In this document: positions 9,879 through 19,813 of the stretch, piece by piece | How the letters are laid out: each line of letters begins with the position of its first letter | Position numbering within the stretch: the stretch's first letter is position 1 | NCBI GenBank assembly: GCA_965247095.1 | Contig: OZ251997.1 | Location: forward strand, 3,232,001-3,296,000 | Direction: 5' to 3' | Length of the DNA: 64,000 nt | Source: Candidatus Multivorans sp. | Lineage (GTDB): Bacteria > Acidobacteriota > Thermoanaerobaculia > Multivoradales > Multivoraceae | Translations under genes and position numbers: made by a program | The notes under the pieces: model-generated | Told to the model about the DNA's origin: nothing | Seen by the model: the letters and a program-made list of their open reading frames with translations, nothing else | Databases searched by the model: none

Positions 9879-10196
9879 ATGGAACGGACGATCAAGGCCT
9901 CGGAATTCAAGGCCACCTGCCTCAAGCTGATGGACGAGGTCGCCGAGAGCGGCGCCGAGGTGGTCATCACCAAGAACGGCAAACCCGTGTCGCGGCTCGT
10001 GCCGTACCGGGAACGGCCGAAGAGCCTGTACGGCTGCCTTCGCGGTGTGATGGAGATCACCGGCGACATCATGTCTCCCGTGCTGGATGAATGGGACGAA
10101 GAGCGGACAGTTGCCCTCTGTCATCCGGGGCGAGGATCCCGATTGAGCGAGATGCGCCGTTGCTGCTCCTCGACACACACGTTCTGCTCTGGCTGA
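9879..10196 (+). CDS. Phd/YefM-family antitoxin
   Basis: TIKASEFKATCLKLMDEV...VVITKNGKPV.RLVP; directly upstream of a PIN toxin. Confidence 0.88.
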   Translation: MERTIKASEFKATCLKLMDEVAESGAEVVITKNGKPVSRLVPYRERPKSLYGCLRGVMEITGDIMSPVLDEWDEERTVALCHPGRGSRLSEMRRCCSSTHTFCSG

Positions 10197-10558
10197 CCCT
10201 CGGCGACCGGCGCCTCGGAGCGGGCGCTCACCGCGCGGTCGACGAGGCCTTCCTCTCCGGCAACGCCGCGGTGTCCGCGGTGTCCTTCCTGGAGATCGCG
10301 ACCCTGCTGAGGAAAGGTCGCGTCCAGATCGATTGGGCCGTGGAGGCGCTGCGGCGATATCTCCTGGATCACAGCCTGAACGAGATCCCGGTGGACGGAG
10401 ACATTGCGTTGCGGGCGGGCCTCCTCACCGAGCTGCACGGCGACCCGGCCGACCGGATCATCGTCGCCACCGCACTGGCCGGCCACCGCCTCGCCACCGC
10501 CGATCGGCGGCTGCTCGACTGGCCCGGCGAAGTGGCTCGGCTTCGCGCGACCGACTGA
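10160..10558 (+). CDS. vapC: VapC-family PIN-domain toxin
   Basis: LLLDTHVLLW, SAVSFLEI, HGDPADRIIVATA and LATADR motifs. TTG start assumed. Confidence 0.88.
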   Translation: MLLLDTHVLLWLTLGDRRLGAGAHRAVDEAFLSGNAAVSAVSFLEIATLLRKGRVQIDWAVEALRRYLLDHSLNEIPVDGDIALRAGLLTELHGDPADRIIVATALAGHRLATADRRLLDWPGEVARLRATD

Positions 10559-10704
10559 CTGCCATCGGGACGCCCAGCCGGGCGACGCGGGTTGCGGCAT
10601 GCGATTGCATATAGTACGTCGCCCAACGAGCAGGAGAAGGAACCTCGTCTATGCCCAGATCAAAGCCCCAAGTTCACGCCGTTGACTTGTCGTACCCGCC
10701 TCGC

Positions 10705-13700
10705 ATGAGCCAGTCGACCGGACCTGGGCCGGATGCCAATCCACCGGCGGGGCTTCTTCCCGACGATCGCCCCACGCGCAGCCGTCGCGACCAGTGGGGC
10801 GCACGCGTGTTGGCCGTCGTCGCGTGTTTGGCCTGGCTGGCCTGGCCGACCGGGGCTTTCGCGCAGCCGACGCTGGTTGTGGACGACGTTGCGGGCGACA
10901 ACACGATCAACCGGTCGGAGCACGTGAACAACTTCGCCATCAGCGGCAACACAGGTACGGAAGAAGGCGTGACGGTCGACGTGACCATCGGCGGCCAAAC
11001 GTTGCCGAGCGTGACCTCCGCGATCCAGCCCCTGCAGACGGACGCGACCTGGTCGGTGACCGTGCCGTCCCGGGCGAATTACATCACCGAACCGAGCGTG
11101 GCGCTTTCCGTGACGGCCACCAGCGGTTCTGACAGCGCGACGGTTACGCGGACGCTGACCGTGGATTTGACGGCGCCGACTGTGAGTTACGCGGCGCCGA
11201 TGAGTCTCACGGTGGGCGCGCCGATCACGATAGATCCGACCACGAACGATACGGACATCGTCTCCTACGTGATTGACACCGGTCCCCTGCCGCAGGGATT
11301 GTCGTTGAATGGCACGACAGGTGTGATCAGCGGCACGCCGACCACGGGCAGCCCCGACGCGCAGACGGTGGTGGTGCTGGCCGAAGACGGCGCCGGCAAC
11401 CCGGTTCGGCCGCAGATTGCCTTCCCGGCCGTGGACGGGCCCCGACCCGGTGTGAAGACCTCGACGTCGAGCCTGTCAGTGCCGGAGGGCGGCTCGGCAA
11501 GCTACACGGTGGTGCTCGAAACCCGGCCGACGCACGATGTCACGATCACCGTCAGCTGGGTCGCTGGCGACGCGGATCTGACGCCGAGCACGACCACATT
11601 GACCTTCGAACCCGCAGACTGGAATAAGGCGCTGACGGTGACCGTCTCGGCGGCCGAGGACGACGACGGTACGGCTAGCGTTCGTGTCTTTCAACACGCC
11701 GCGAACAGCAGCGACCCCAACTATGAAGGCGTTCGGACCGCCAGCGTCACGGCAAGGGAGGCCGACAATGACCCGATCGGGGCGACGGCCTCGCGGCGGA
11801 TACTGGAGGTGCCGGAGGGCGGCTCGGCGGAATACACGCTGGTGCTCGGCAGCAAGCCGGACGGTGACGTCGTTGTCGAAGTGGAGCGGATGTCCGGGAG
11901 CGACGAAAGCCTGACGGCGAGCCCGGACGAGTTCACCTTCACGCAAGCAAACTGGCATGAAGAGCAGACGGTGACGGTCTCGGCGGCCGAAGACGACGAC
12001 TGGTTGCACGGTATCGCGACGTTCGAACACGGCGTGTCGAGCGACGACGACGAGAACTACGACGACGACGACATAGTCGGAGTCTTTCTGGTAACGGCGA
12101 TTGAGGCCGACGACGAGGACGAGATCAATCCGAGCGTAGAGATTCGGACGGAGGCGTCGGCCCAGGTCGCGGGACCATTCGAGGTGACGATCCGCTTCTC
12201 CGAGTGGGTGAAGGGCTTTCAACTGGAAGACATCGAGGTGAGCAACGGGACGGCGTCGAACTTCAACAAGCTGTCCCCACGGACTTATGCGGTGACGATC
12301 ACGCCGGAAGAAACCGGCGAGGTCAGGGTGGAGGTGGGCTCGAACGTGGCCCGGGACCGGGTCGGCAACGGCAACGACGCGGCGGAGCCGTTCATCATCG
12401 AGGCGGATCTGACGGGACCCGAAGTGGAGATCACCAGCGAGGCCACGGGACCGGTGAGCGGCGCGTTCGAGGTGACGATCCGCTTCTCCGAGTCGGTGGA
12501 AGGCTTTGAACTGGAAGATATCGAGGTGAGCAACGGGACGGCGTCCAACTTCAACAAGCTGTCCCCACGGACTTATGCGGTGACGATCACGCCGGAAGAA
12601 ACCGGCGAGGTCAGGGTGGAGGTGGGCTCGAACGTGGCCCTGGACGCGGGCGGCTACGGCAACGAGGCGGCGGAGCCGTTCGTCATCGAGGCGGATCTGA
12701 CGGGACCCGAAGTGGAGATCACCAGCGAGGCCACGGGACCGGTGAGCGGCGCGTTCGAGGTGACGATCCGCTTCTCCGAGTCGGTGGAAGGCTTTGAACT
12801 GGAAGATATCCAGGTGAGCAACGGGACGGCGTCGAACTTCAACAAGCTGTCCCCACGGACTTATGCGGTGACGATCACGCCGGAAGAAACCGGCGGGGTC
12901 AGGGTGGAGGTGGGCTCGAACGTGGCCCTGGACGCGGGCGGCAACGGCAACCAGGCGGCGGAGCCACTCGTCATCGAGGCGGATCTGACGGGACCCGAAG
13001 TGGAGATCACCAGCGAGGCCAAGGGGCCGGTGAGCGGCGCGTTCGAGGTGACGATCCGCTTCTCCGAGTCGGTGGAAGGCTTTGAACTGGAAGATATCGA
13101 GGTGAGCAACGGGACGGCGTCCAACTTCAACAAGCTGTCCCCACGGACTTATGCGGTGACGATCACGCCGGAAGAAACCGGCGAGGTCAGGGTGGAGGTG
13201 GGCTCGAACGTGGCCCTGGACGCGGGCGGCTACGGCAACCAGGCGGCGGAGCCACTCGTCATCGAGGCGGACCTGGAGCGGCCGGAGGTGACGATCGCAG
13301 GTCCGACGGAGCCGGTCCCCGTAGGAATGGCGGGGTTCGAAGTGACGATCACCTTCTCGGAGCCGGTGGAGGGTTTTGAGCGGGAAGATATCCAGATCAG
13401 CAACGCGACGGTGACGGACTTCACCGAAGTGTCATCGATTGAGTATCGAGCCACGATCAAGCCTGAAGAGGCGGGGCAGCCCGTCATGGTGGAGGTCCCC
13501 GGGGACATCGCCGAGGACAGTGCCGGTAACGGCAACCAGGCGGCGGAGCCCTTCGAAGTGGAAGCGAAGCTGGTGGTGAGCTACGGGGCGGAGAGCTACA
13601 CGGCGACCGAAGGGGGCGAGACGGCGACCGTGACGGTGAAGCTGAGCCAGGCCGGAAACCAAGCGTTGACGATCGAGATCCGGGTGACGCGGCCAGAGAC

Positions 13701-15906
13701 GACGGAAGTCGGGGACTACACGGTTGAGGGATTGGAAGATTGGGATGCCCAGGAGGGCACTGGAACACTTACGTTCCGAGCCGACGAAGGGGAACGGACA
13801 TGGAGGATTGCAGCCAACCACGATGGTGACGGGGACGACGAGACGGTGGAGTTGGGATTTGGGGAGCTGCCGGAGACAGTGATGACCGGGAAACCGGCCG
13901 CGGCGACGGTGACACTCGAGGACAAAGGGCTGGTGGAGCTGCAGGTGAGCTTTGGGCAGGCCGCGTACGAGGTGAAGGAAGGCCGGCAGGCCGACATCGA
14001 GGTGACCCTCTCCCCGGCCGCGGACCGGCGGGTGGACGTGCCGCTGGTGGTGGCGCTCCAAGCCGGAACGACTCTCGAGGACTACAGCGGGGTTCCGGCG
14101 TCGGTGGTGTTCGAGGAAGGCGAGAGTGAAAGGACGATTTCCCTGGAGGTCCTGGCCGATGAAGTGAACGACCCTGGGGAGGGGATTGTGCTGATCCTGG
14201 GCGGGTTGCCGGAGGGAGTCAGTGAAGGCGAGATCCCGCAGACAACAGTGAACTTCACCCACCGGCGCACGGCGGAGCAGTTCTCGCGCTCCCTGGAGGG
14301 GATGTTGGCGGTGATCGCGCGCTCGACGGCCGCGAGCGCGCAGACAACCATTGAGGGTCGATTTGAGCGGCATCGGCAGCGGAGTCGATCGGGGACTTCG
14401 GTTGGCGAGATGCCGCCACCGCAGTCGGCGAGCGCCAACGGCGCCACGGCTCTGCGCCCGCGAGAATCGGAGCGGACGGGCCGCGAGGGCGCCGGTGGAG
14501 GATCGCGGCTGCGGAGTTTCTCGCTTGGATCATTGGGGAACCTGGCACGCTCCGACCGAACCCAACAGGGCGCCTCTCCCGGCTCCGGCTGGGCGCCTGG
14601 TGGGACGGTCGACGGGCAGGATCGACTCCCGGGTTCGGGGGTTCAGGAGGCGCCGCCTGGATCGGGGAACTTCTCGGGCGTGAGGGATCGAGAACTCACC
14701 CTTTCGGAGCTGTCCTTCGAGACGTCCCTGGGAGAGACATGGAGGAACTGCGGAGCCGGTTCGGGTGAGCGCGAGACGTGCTGGGTTCCGGTGCTGTGGG
14801 GACAGGGGGACCTGCAGCAATTCAACGGGGATCTGACAAGGATCGGGATGGACTATCGAGGAGGTCTCGAGGCCGCTCACGTCGGGCTGGATCTGTATGC
14901 CGACGATCGGATGCTGGCCGGGCTGTCCTTCATGCGCAGTTGGGGAGACATGGACTACACCGCCGATGGGAGCGATGGGGTGCTGGAGAGTCGCATGAAC
15001 ACGGTTCACCCCTATCTCTACTGGCAGCCGAACGAACGCGTGAGCGTGTGGGGCATTGGCGGCTTCGGAGAAGGTCAAGTGGATGTCGAAGAGCCGGGCC
15101 GGGCGCACGCCTTCGATGCCGGCTTCACGATGTTCGCCGGGGGCGTGAGGGCGGTGCTGAGCAGACGGAGCAACCGTGAATGGGGTTTGCGCGCGGATGC
15201 CTTCACGACGCAACTCGAAACCGACGCCTCGAACGACGTCGCCAGGGTGACCGGTGAGGCCCACCGGGGCCGGTTGATGTTGGAATGGGTGCGCGACAGG
15301 GAGCTGTCAGAGGGGCGGTCACTGAGCGTGCAGGCGGAGGCCGGCGGGCGCTTCGACGACGGCGATGCGGATCGGGGCGCTGGGGCGGAAACCGGTTTCC
15401 GTCTGGGGTACCTGGATGCCAACCGCGGACTTGACGTGGCGCTGAACGGCCGGGTGCTGATTGTGCATGAAAGCGACTACCGGGACTGGGGAGTGGGCTT
15501 ACAGGCGAGCTGGGACCCGGGGGAGAAACAGCGCGGGTTCAGGGCGTCGGTGAACTCCTCGTGGGGGCCGCACGGAGGCGGCCGGACGACGCTGTGGAAC
15601 AACGCGGACGCCGTGACGCGCCCACTGGGCATGGGAACCATGGGGATAGGTTCCCGGTACCGGATGGAAGGTGAGGTGGCCTACGCCGGCATGAAGGCGT
15701 CGGGCTTACCGGGTCTGCTGACGCCGTATAGCCGGCTGCGATGGGCCGGACAGGGCAGGGAGCTGGCCGTGGGGACCGCTTGGAGCCTCCCGATTGGCTT
15801 GCACCAGGCAATGCCATTGAAGTTGGAAGTGGAAACCATAAGGCGGGAGAACCGAGCGGGTCAGGCCGATCTGGCGGTGCTGGCGCAAATCTCGATTCCC
15901 TTCTGA
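10705..15906 (+). CDS. Large autotransporter adhesin: signal peptide, putative Ig and Calx-beta-like domains, five tandem bacterial Ig-like repeats, C-terminal beta-barrel
   Basis: Signal peptide ending AFA-Q, LPQGLSLNGTTGVISGTPT (He_PIG-like), 96-aa repeats with VTIRFSESVEGF..DIEVSNG, and a barrel region (HPYLYW, terminal IPF). Confidence 0.82.
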   Translation: MSQSTGPGPDANPPAGLLPDDRPTRSRRDQWGARVLAVVACLAWLAWPTGAFAQPTLVVDDVAGDNTINRSEHVNNFAISGNTGTEEGVTVDVTIGGQTLPSVTSAIQPLQTDATWSVTVPSRANYITEPSVALSVTATSGSDSATVTRTLTVDLTAPTVSYAAPMSLTVGAPITIDPTTNDTDIVSYVIDTGPLPQGLSLNGTTGVISGTPTTGSPDAQTVVVLAEDGAGNPVRPQIAFPAVDGPRPGVKTSTSSLSVPEGGSASYTVVLETRPTHDVTITVSWVAGDADLTPSTTTLTFEPADWNKALTVTVSAAEDDDGTASVRVFQHAANSSDPNYEGVRTASVTAREADNDPIGATASRRILEVPEGGSAEYTLVLGSKPDGDVVVEVERMSGSDESLTASPDEFTFTQANWHEEQTVTVSAAEDDDWLHGIATFEHGVSSDDDENYDDDDIVGVFLVTAIEADDEDEINPSVEIRTEASAQVAGPFEVTIRFSEWVKGFQLEDIEVSNGTASNFNKLSPRTYAVTITPEETGEVRVEVGSNVARDRVGNGNDAAEPFIIEADLTGPEVEITSEATGPVSGAFEVTIRFSESVEGFELEDIEVSNGTASNFNKLSPRTYAVTITPEETGEVRVEVGSNVALDAGGYGNEAAEPFVIEADLTGPEVEITSEATGPVSGAFEVTIRFSESVEGFELEDIQVSNGTASNFNKLSPRTYAVTITPEETGGVRVEVGSNVALDAGGNGNQAAEPLVIEADLTGPEVEITSEAKGPVSGAFEVTIRFSESVEGFELEDIEVSNGTASNFNKLSPRTYAVTITPEETGEVRVEVGSNVALDAGGYGNQAAEPLVIEADLERPEVTIAGPTEPVPVGMAGFEVTITFSEPVEGFEREDIQISNATVTDFTEVSSIEYRATIKPEEAGQPVMVEVPGDIAEDSAGNGNQAAEPFEVEAKLVVSYGAESYTATEGGETATVTVKLSQAGNQALTIEIRVTRPETTEVGDYTVEGLEDWDAQEGTGTLTFRADEGERTWRIAANHDGDGDDETVELGFGELPETVMTGKPAAATVTLEDKGLVELQVSFGQAAYEVKEGRQADIEVTLSPAADRRVDVPLVVALQAGTTLEDYSGVPASVVFEEGESERTISLEVLADEVNDPGEGIVLILGGLPEGVSEGEIPQTTVNFTHRRTAEQFSRSLEGMLAVIARSTAASAQTTIEGRFERHRQRSRSGTSVGEMPPPQSASANGATALRPRESERTGREGAGGGSRLRSFSLGSLGNLARSDRTQQGASPGSGWAPGGTVDGQDRLPGSGVQEAPPGSGNFSGVRDRELTLSELSFETSLGETWRNCGAGSGERETCWVPVLWGQGDLQQFNGDLTRIGMDYRGGLEAAHVGLDLYADDRMLAGLSFMRSWGDMDYTADGSDGVLESRMNTVHPYLYWQPNERVSVWGIGGFGEGQVDVEEPGRAHAFDAGFTMFAGGVRAVLSRRSNREWGLRADAFTTQLETDASNDVARVTGEAHRGRLMLEWVRDRELSEGRSLSVQAEAGGRFDDGDADRGAGAETGFRLGYLDANRGLDVALNGRVLIVHESDYRDWGVGLQASWDPGEKQRGFRASVNSSWGPHGGGRTTLWNNADAVTRPLGMGTMGIGSRYRMEGEVAYAGMKASGLPGLLTPYSRLRWAGQGRELAVGTAWSLPIGLHQAMPLKLEVETIRRENRAGQADLAVLAQISIPF
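12130..13565 (+). repeat. Five tandem ~288-bp coding repeats (units start at about 12130, 12418, 12706, 12994 and 13282; the fifth is diverged)
   Basis: Near-identical AACTTCAACAAGCTGTCCCCACGGACTTATGCGGTGACG recurs at a 288-bp period. Confidence 0.93.
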
Positions 15907-15937
15907 GGAGCGCGGCCGTGCGATACTCATCGACCCC

Positions 15938-18120
15938 ATGGGCTTGAGATACGGCCGCACGAGGAGGGTTGGGGCAGCGGCCCTGGCGCTCGCCATGGTC
16001 GGGTGCTCGGTCGGTGCCGAGAGCGCGCCCGACTGGGCCGCTGATGTCGTCATCCACCGCGACGAGTGGGGAGTGCCGCACATCAAGGCGTCGACCGACG
16101 CCGCGGTCGCCTTCGGCTCGGCGTGGGCGCAGTGCGAGGACAACTTCTTCCAGCTCGAGGACACGTACATCAAGGCGCTCGGGCGCTACTCCGAGGTCGT
16201 CGGCGAGTCCGGGTTCCGCAGCGACCTCGAGGTGGCCCTCTTCGACCTCGTCGCGACGTCTCGCCGCGACTTCCCGCTGCTGCCCGAGAACATCCAGCGC
16301 ATCTCCGAGGCCTTCGCCGCCGGTTACAACCACTACCTCGACAAGCACCCCGAGGTGAAGCCCGTCTGCTGGAGCGCATGGAGCCCTTCCACGTATTGGC
16401 GTTCGAGCGCTACATGATCCTCGGCCGGCTGCTCGGCGCCGCCCACGCTCCGCGCGGCAAGCTCGCTTCGCTGGCGGCGGAGCTCGCCGCGTCGCTGGGC
16501 TCGAACCAGTGGGCCGTCGGCCCGTCGAGGACCCGCGACGGCAACGCCATGCTCTTCATCAATCCCCATCAGCCCTGGTACGGCTCCGGGATGTTCACCG
16601 AGATGCACGTGGTGAGCGACGAGGGTTGGAACTTCTCCGGCGCCATGTACCCGGGCGGCCCGTTCCCGACCGCCGGTTTCAACGAGCGGCTCGGCTGGGC
16701 GTACACGGTCAACGCCGCCGACATATCGGACACGTATCGTCTGACCTTCGACCACCCGACCGACCCTCTCAAGTACCGCTACGGCGCCGGCTATCGCGAG
16801 GCCGAGGAGTGGCGCGCCACGATCCAGGTACGCGTCGACGACGATCTCGTGCCGCGCGAAGTGGTGCTGAGGCGGTCGCACTACGGCCCGATCATCGCCA
16901 GGGAGGACGACCAGCACTACCTGGCCGTGCGCGTGCCGCGCCTCTACGAGGGCAGCCGCATGGTCCAGGCGCTGGCGCAGGCCAAGGCGCGCAACTTCGA
17001 GGAGTGGTACGCCGCCGCCTCGATGCAACTGCTGCAGACCTTCAACACCACCTACGCGGACGCCGACGGCAACATCTTCTACCTCTACAACGGCGCCATC
17101 GCCCGCCGCGATCCGTCGGTCGACTGGACCGTGCCCGTCGACGGCGCCGATCCGAACCACGAGTGGGGCCCGTTCCACCCCATCGAGGAACTGCCCCAGG
17201 TCTTCAATCCGCCGTCCGGCTACGTCCAGAACTGCAACTCGACGCCCTTTACGACCACCGACGACGGCAACCCTTCGCTGCTGGACTTTCCGCCCTACAT
17301 GGTCGAAGACAAGCACGACGACAAGCGCCGCGCCAAGATGGCCCGCTACCTCCTGCGCAACGCCCGGGACATCACCTTCGAGGACTTCCAGGCGCTCGCC
17401 TACGACACGACCCTCTACTGGCCGATGACCGAGCTGCCCGTCTACGCGCGCAGGCTCGAGACACTCGCACGCACCGACCCGGAACTCGCCGCCCGAATCC
17501 GGCCCTACCTCGAGCATCTGCTGGACTGGGACTTCAAGAGCTCGCTCACCTCCACGCAGACGACCCTGGCGGTCGGTTGGTACGAGGAGCTCTACGGCCG
17601 CGGCTACCCGGTCGAGACCCTGAAGCCGGAGTACGTGGGCGACATGGCAGCGCGTTTTGTGGCCCTGGAGCGAGCCGCCTCGAAGCTCACGGAACTCTAC
17701 GGCGACTGGCGCGTCCCCTACGGCGACATCCACCGCATCCAGCGCCACGCCAACCAGCCCGCCAGCTCCGGCGTTCCCTTCTCGGACGACGAGCCGAGCC
17801 TGCCGCTCGCCGGCGTCCGGGGCCCGCTCGGCGTGGCGTTCACGCTGTACCACTCGCCGCCCACCACGCTCGAAAACGGCGACTTGCGCAAGCTGCGCTA
17901 CGCCGCGACCGGCGCCTCCTACATGGCCGTCTACGAGTTCGGGGAGAAGGCGCGGGGAGCGAGCTACCTCCACTACGGCCAGAGCCATCGCCCCGAGTCA
18001 CCCCACTTCTTCGACCAGGCCGGGCTGCTCTCGGAAAGACGGCTCAAGCCCGCGTGGCTGTACTGGGAGGACGTGGAGGCCCATACGGCGCGGGCCTACC
18101 GGCCGAGCGACTTCGACTGA
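15938..18120 (+). CDS. Penicillin/acyl-homoserine-lactone acylase (Ntn hydrolase, S45), frameshifted at about 16361
   Basis: IHRDEWGVPHI in one frame; GSNQWAV..INPH, YADADGNI and VQNCN in another. Adding one C to AAG CCC GTC restores KPRLLERM. Possible lipoprotein signal (MVGC). Confidence 0.85.
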
Positions 18121-18157
18121 GCCCTCGCGGATGCTGGTATAGAATCGCGGGTTCCCT

Positions 18158-18501
18158 GGGGGCGCATGGCTTCGACGGGAGATCATGCGGTTCGGGGGTT
18201 GCGTGCCGAGTCCGACTCGTAAACCGGTTTTTGACACTCGCCAACGATAATTTGGCACTGGCGGCTTAGGTCGCCACGGTCCTGTCGGAGCCTTGATTCC
18301 CGGCGCCGGCAGGAGCGACACTAAAGTGGATCGAACGCCTGAGCGCGGCTCCGAACTCAGGCCGGATCACTTCGGAGCTAGACCGCCGGCCGTGGTGGCC
18401 TTCTACCCAAGCCGGCAGCGACTATTCGAGTGAAGGCTACGCACGTAGATCCCTCGCGCCGAGTCTCGCGGACGTGGGTTCGATTCCCACCGCCTCCACC
18501 A
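18158..18501 (+). ncRNA. ssrA: tmRNA (SsrA); tag ANDNLALAA at 18240-18269
   Basis: 5' GGGGGCG..GGCTTCGAC, 3' GGTTCGATTCCCACCGCCTCCACCA with a G-U at acceptor pair 3, tag ending ALAA-stop, TAGAAT -10-like box at 18140. Confidence 0.96.
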
Positions 18502-18629
18502 TTTTTCGATCCACAACTCGCCTCTCCGGGGATGCTGACCAGGTTCGCTCGCGAGTAGGAAGAGAGGATCGCGGCAGCAGCACCTCACACGCTGCCGTCC
18601 CCCCGGCCGCGCCGGAGGAGCAGCCCGCC

Positions 18630-19598
18630 GTGCGAGCGACCCGCCTCGCCGGCAACCCGATCGTCCGCCCCGACATGGACCACCGGATGGGGTCCAACGT
18701 GCAGGGGCCATCGCTCATCCGTGTCCCCGAGTGGGTGCCCGATCCGCTTGGCCGCTACTACCTCTACTTCGCCGACCACAAGGGCGCCTACATTCGACTC
18801 GCCTACGCCGACGACCTCGAGGGGCCGTGGAAAATCCACTCGCCCGGCTCGCTGCACATCGAGGACTCGCACTTCCTCACCTCCCCGGCCGCCGTGCCGG
18901 ACGATGTCGATCCGCAATCGGACCGATGGCGCGTGGCCAGCGTCGTGGGAGCGCCGACGCCGATCGACAGCGCCACGAAGCCGCACATCGCCTCCCCCGA
19001 CGTGCACGTGCGTGAGGATCTGCGCGAGATCGTCATGTACTTCCACGGGCTCGAAGGCTTTCGCTTCCAGCGCACCCGCGTGGCGAGCTCGAAGGACGGC
19101 ATCCACTTCACGGCCACAGAGCCGCTGATCGGCAGCTCCACCTACCTGCGCGCCTTTCGTCACGACGGGCGGTGGTACGCGCTGGGAATGCCGGGGGTGT
19201 TCTACCGCTCGGCCGACGGGCTCGCCGACTTCGAGCGGGGACCAGGACTGTTTCCCAATACCATGCGACACGCGGCGCTGCTCGTGCGCGGAGACACCCT
19301 CTTCGTATTCTGGAGCAACGTCGGCGACGAGCCCGAGCACATTCTGGTCTCGACCATCGACATCAGCGGCGACTGGTCGGGGTGGCAGGCCAGCGAGCCG
19401 CGCACCGTCCTGCTCCCCGAGGAGCAGTGGGAAGGCGCCGATCTGCCCCTCGTCCCGTCGGTACGCGACGCGATCAACGTGCGGGTGCGGCAGCTGCGCG
19501 ATCCGGCCGTCTTGGAGGAGGACGGCCGCACCTACCTGCTCTACTCGGTGGCCGGCGAGGCCGGCATCGCCATCGCAGAGCTGTCGTTCGCGGGGTGA
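18630..19598 (+). CDS. Putative five-bladed beta-propeller glycoside hydrolase-like protein
   Basis: NPIV, GPSLIRVP.W, YYLYFADHKG, HIASPDV, QLRDPAV..DGRTYLLYSVAGE; GGAGGAG RBS before the GTG. Confidence 0.65.
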   Translation: MRATRLAGNPIVRPDMDHRMGSNVQGPSLIRVPEWVPDPLGRYYLYFADHKGAYIRLAYADDLEGPWKIHSPGSLHIEDSHFLTSPAAVPDDVDPQSDRWRVASVVGAPTPIDSATKPHIASPDVHVREDLREIVMYFHGLEGFRFQRTRVASSKDGIHFTATEPLIGSSTYLRAFRHDGRWYALGMPGVFYRSADGLADFERGPGLFPNTMRHAALLVRGDTLFVFWSNVGDEPEHILVSTIDISGDWSGWQASEPRTVLLPEEQWEGADLPLVPSVRDAINVRVRQLRDPAVLEEDGRTYLLYSVAGEAGIAIAELSFAG

Positions 19599-19813
19599 GC
19601 GGGGCAGGAGGCGCCCATCCCCCCGGCGGTGCCGATGACCCGCACGCGCTGCCGCGCCATCTGTGCCGTGCTGGCGGTGAGTTCATGAACTGGAACTATG
19701 GATTCCACTCCACTCCCGGAGACCTGACTGTGGGGTGCCGAACATGCTACCGTTCCTACGCTGTGTGAAATTCGCCGTTCGGAGCGGCCCAACGAGCCTC
19801 GGGAGCTGGTCTT

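Noticed and set aside
10590-10612. Sigma54 promoter GGCATGCGATTGC before the autotransporter
   Set aside because: GG-to-GC spacing is 9 nt rather than the required 10.
19680-19810. TPP or cobalamin riboswitch before the TonB receptor
   Set aside because: GGGGTGC is present, but the CTGAGA core and B12-box elements are not.
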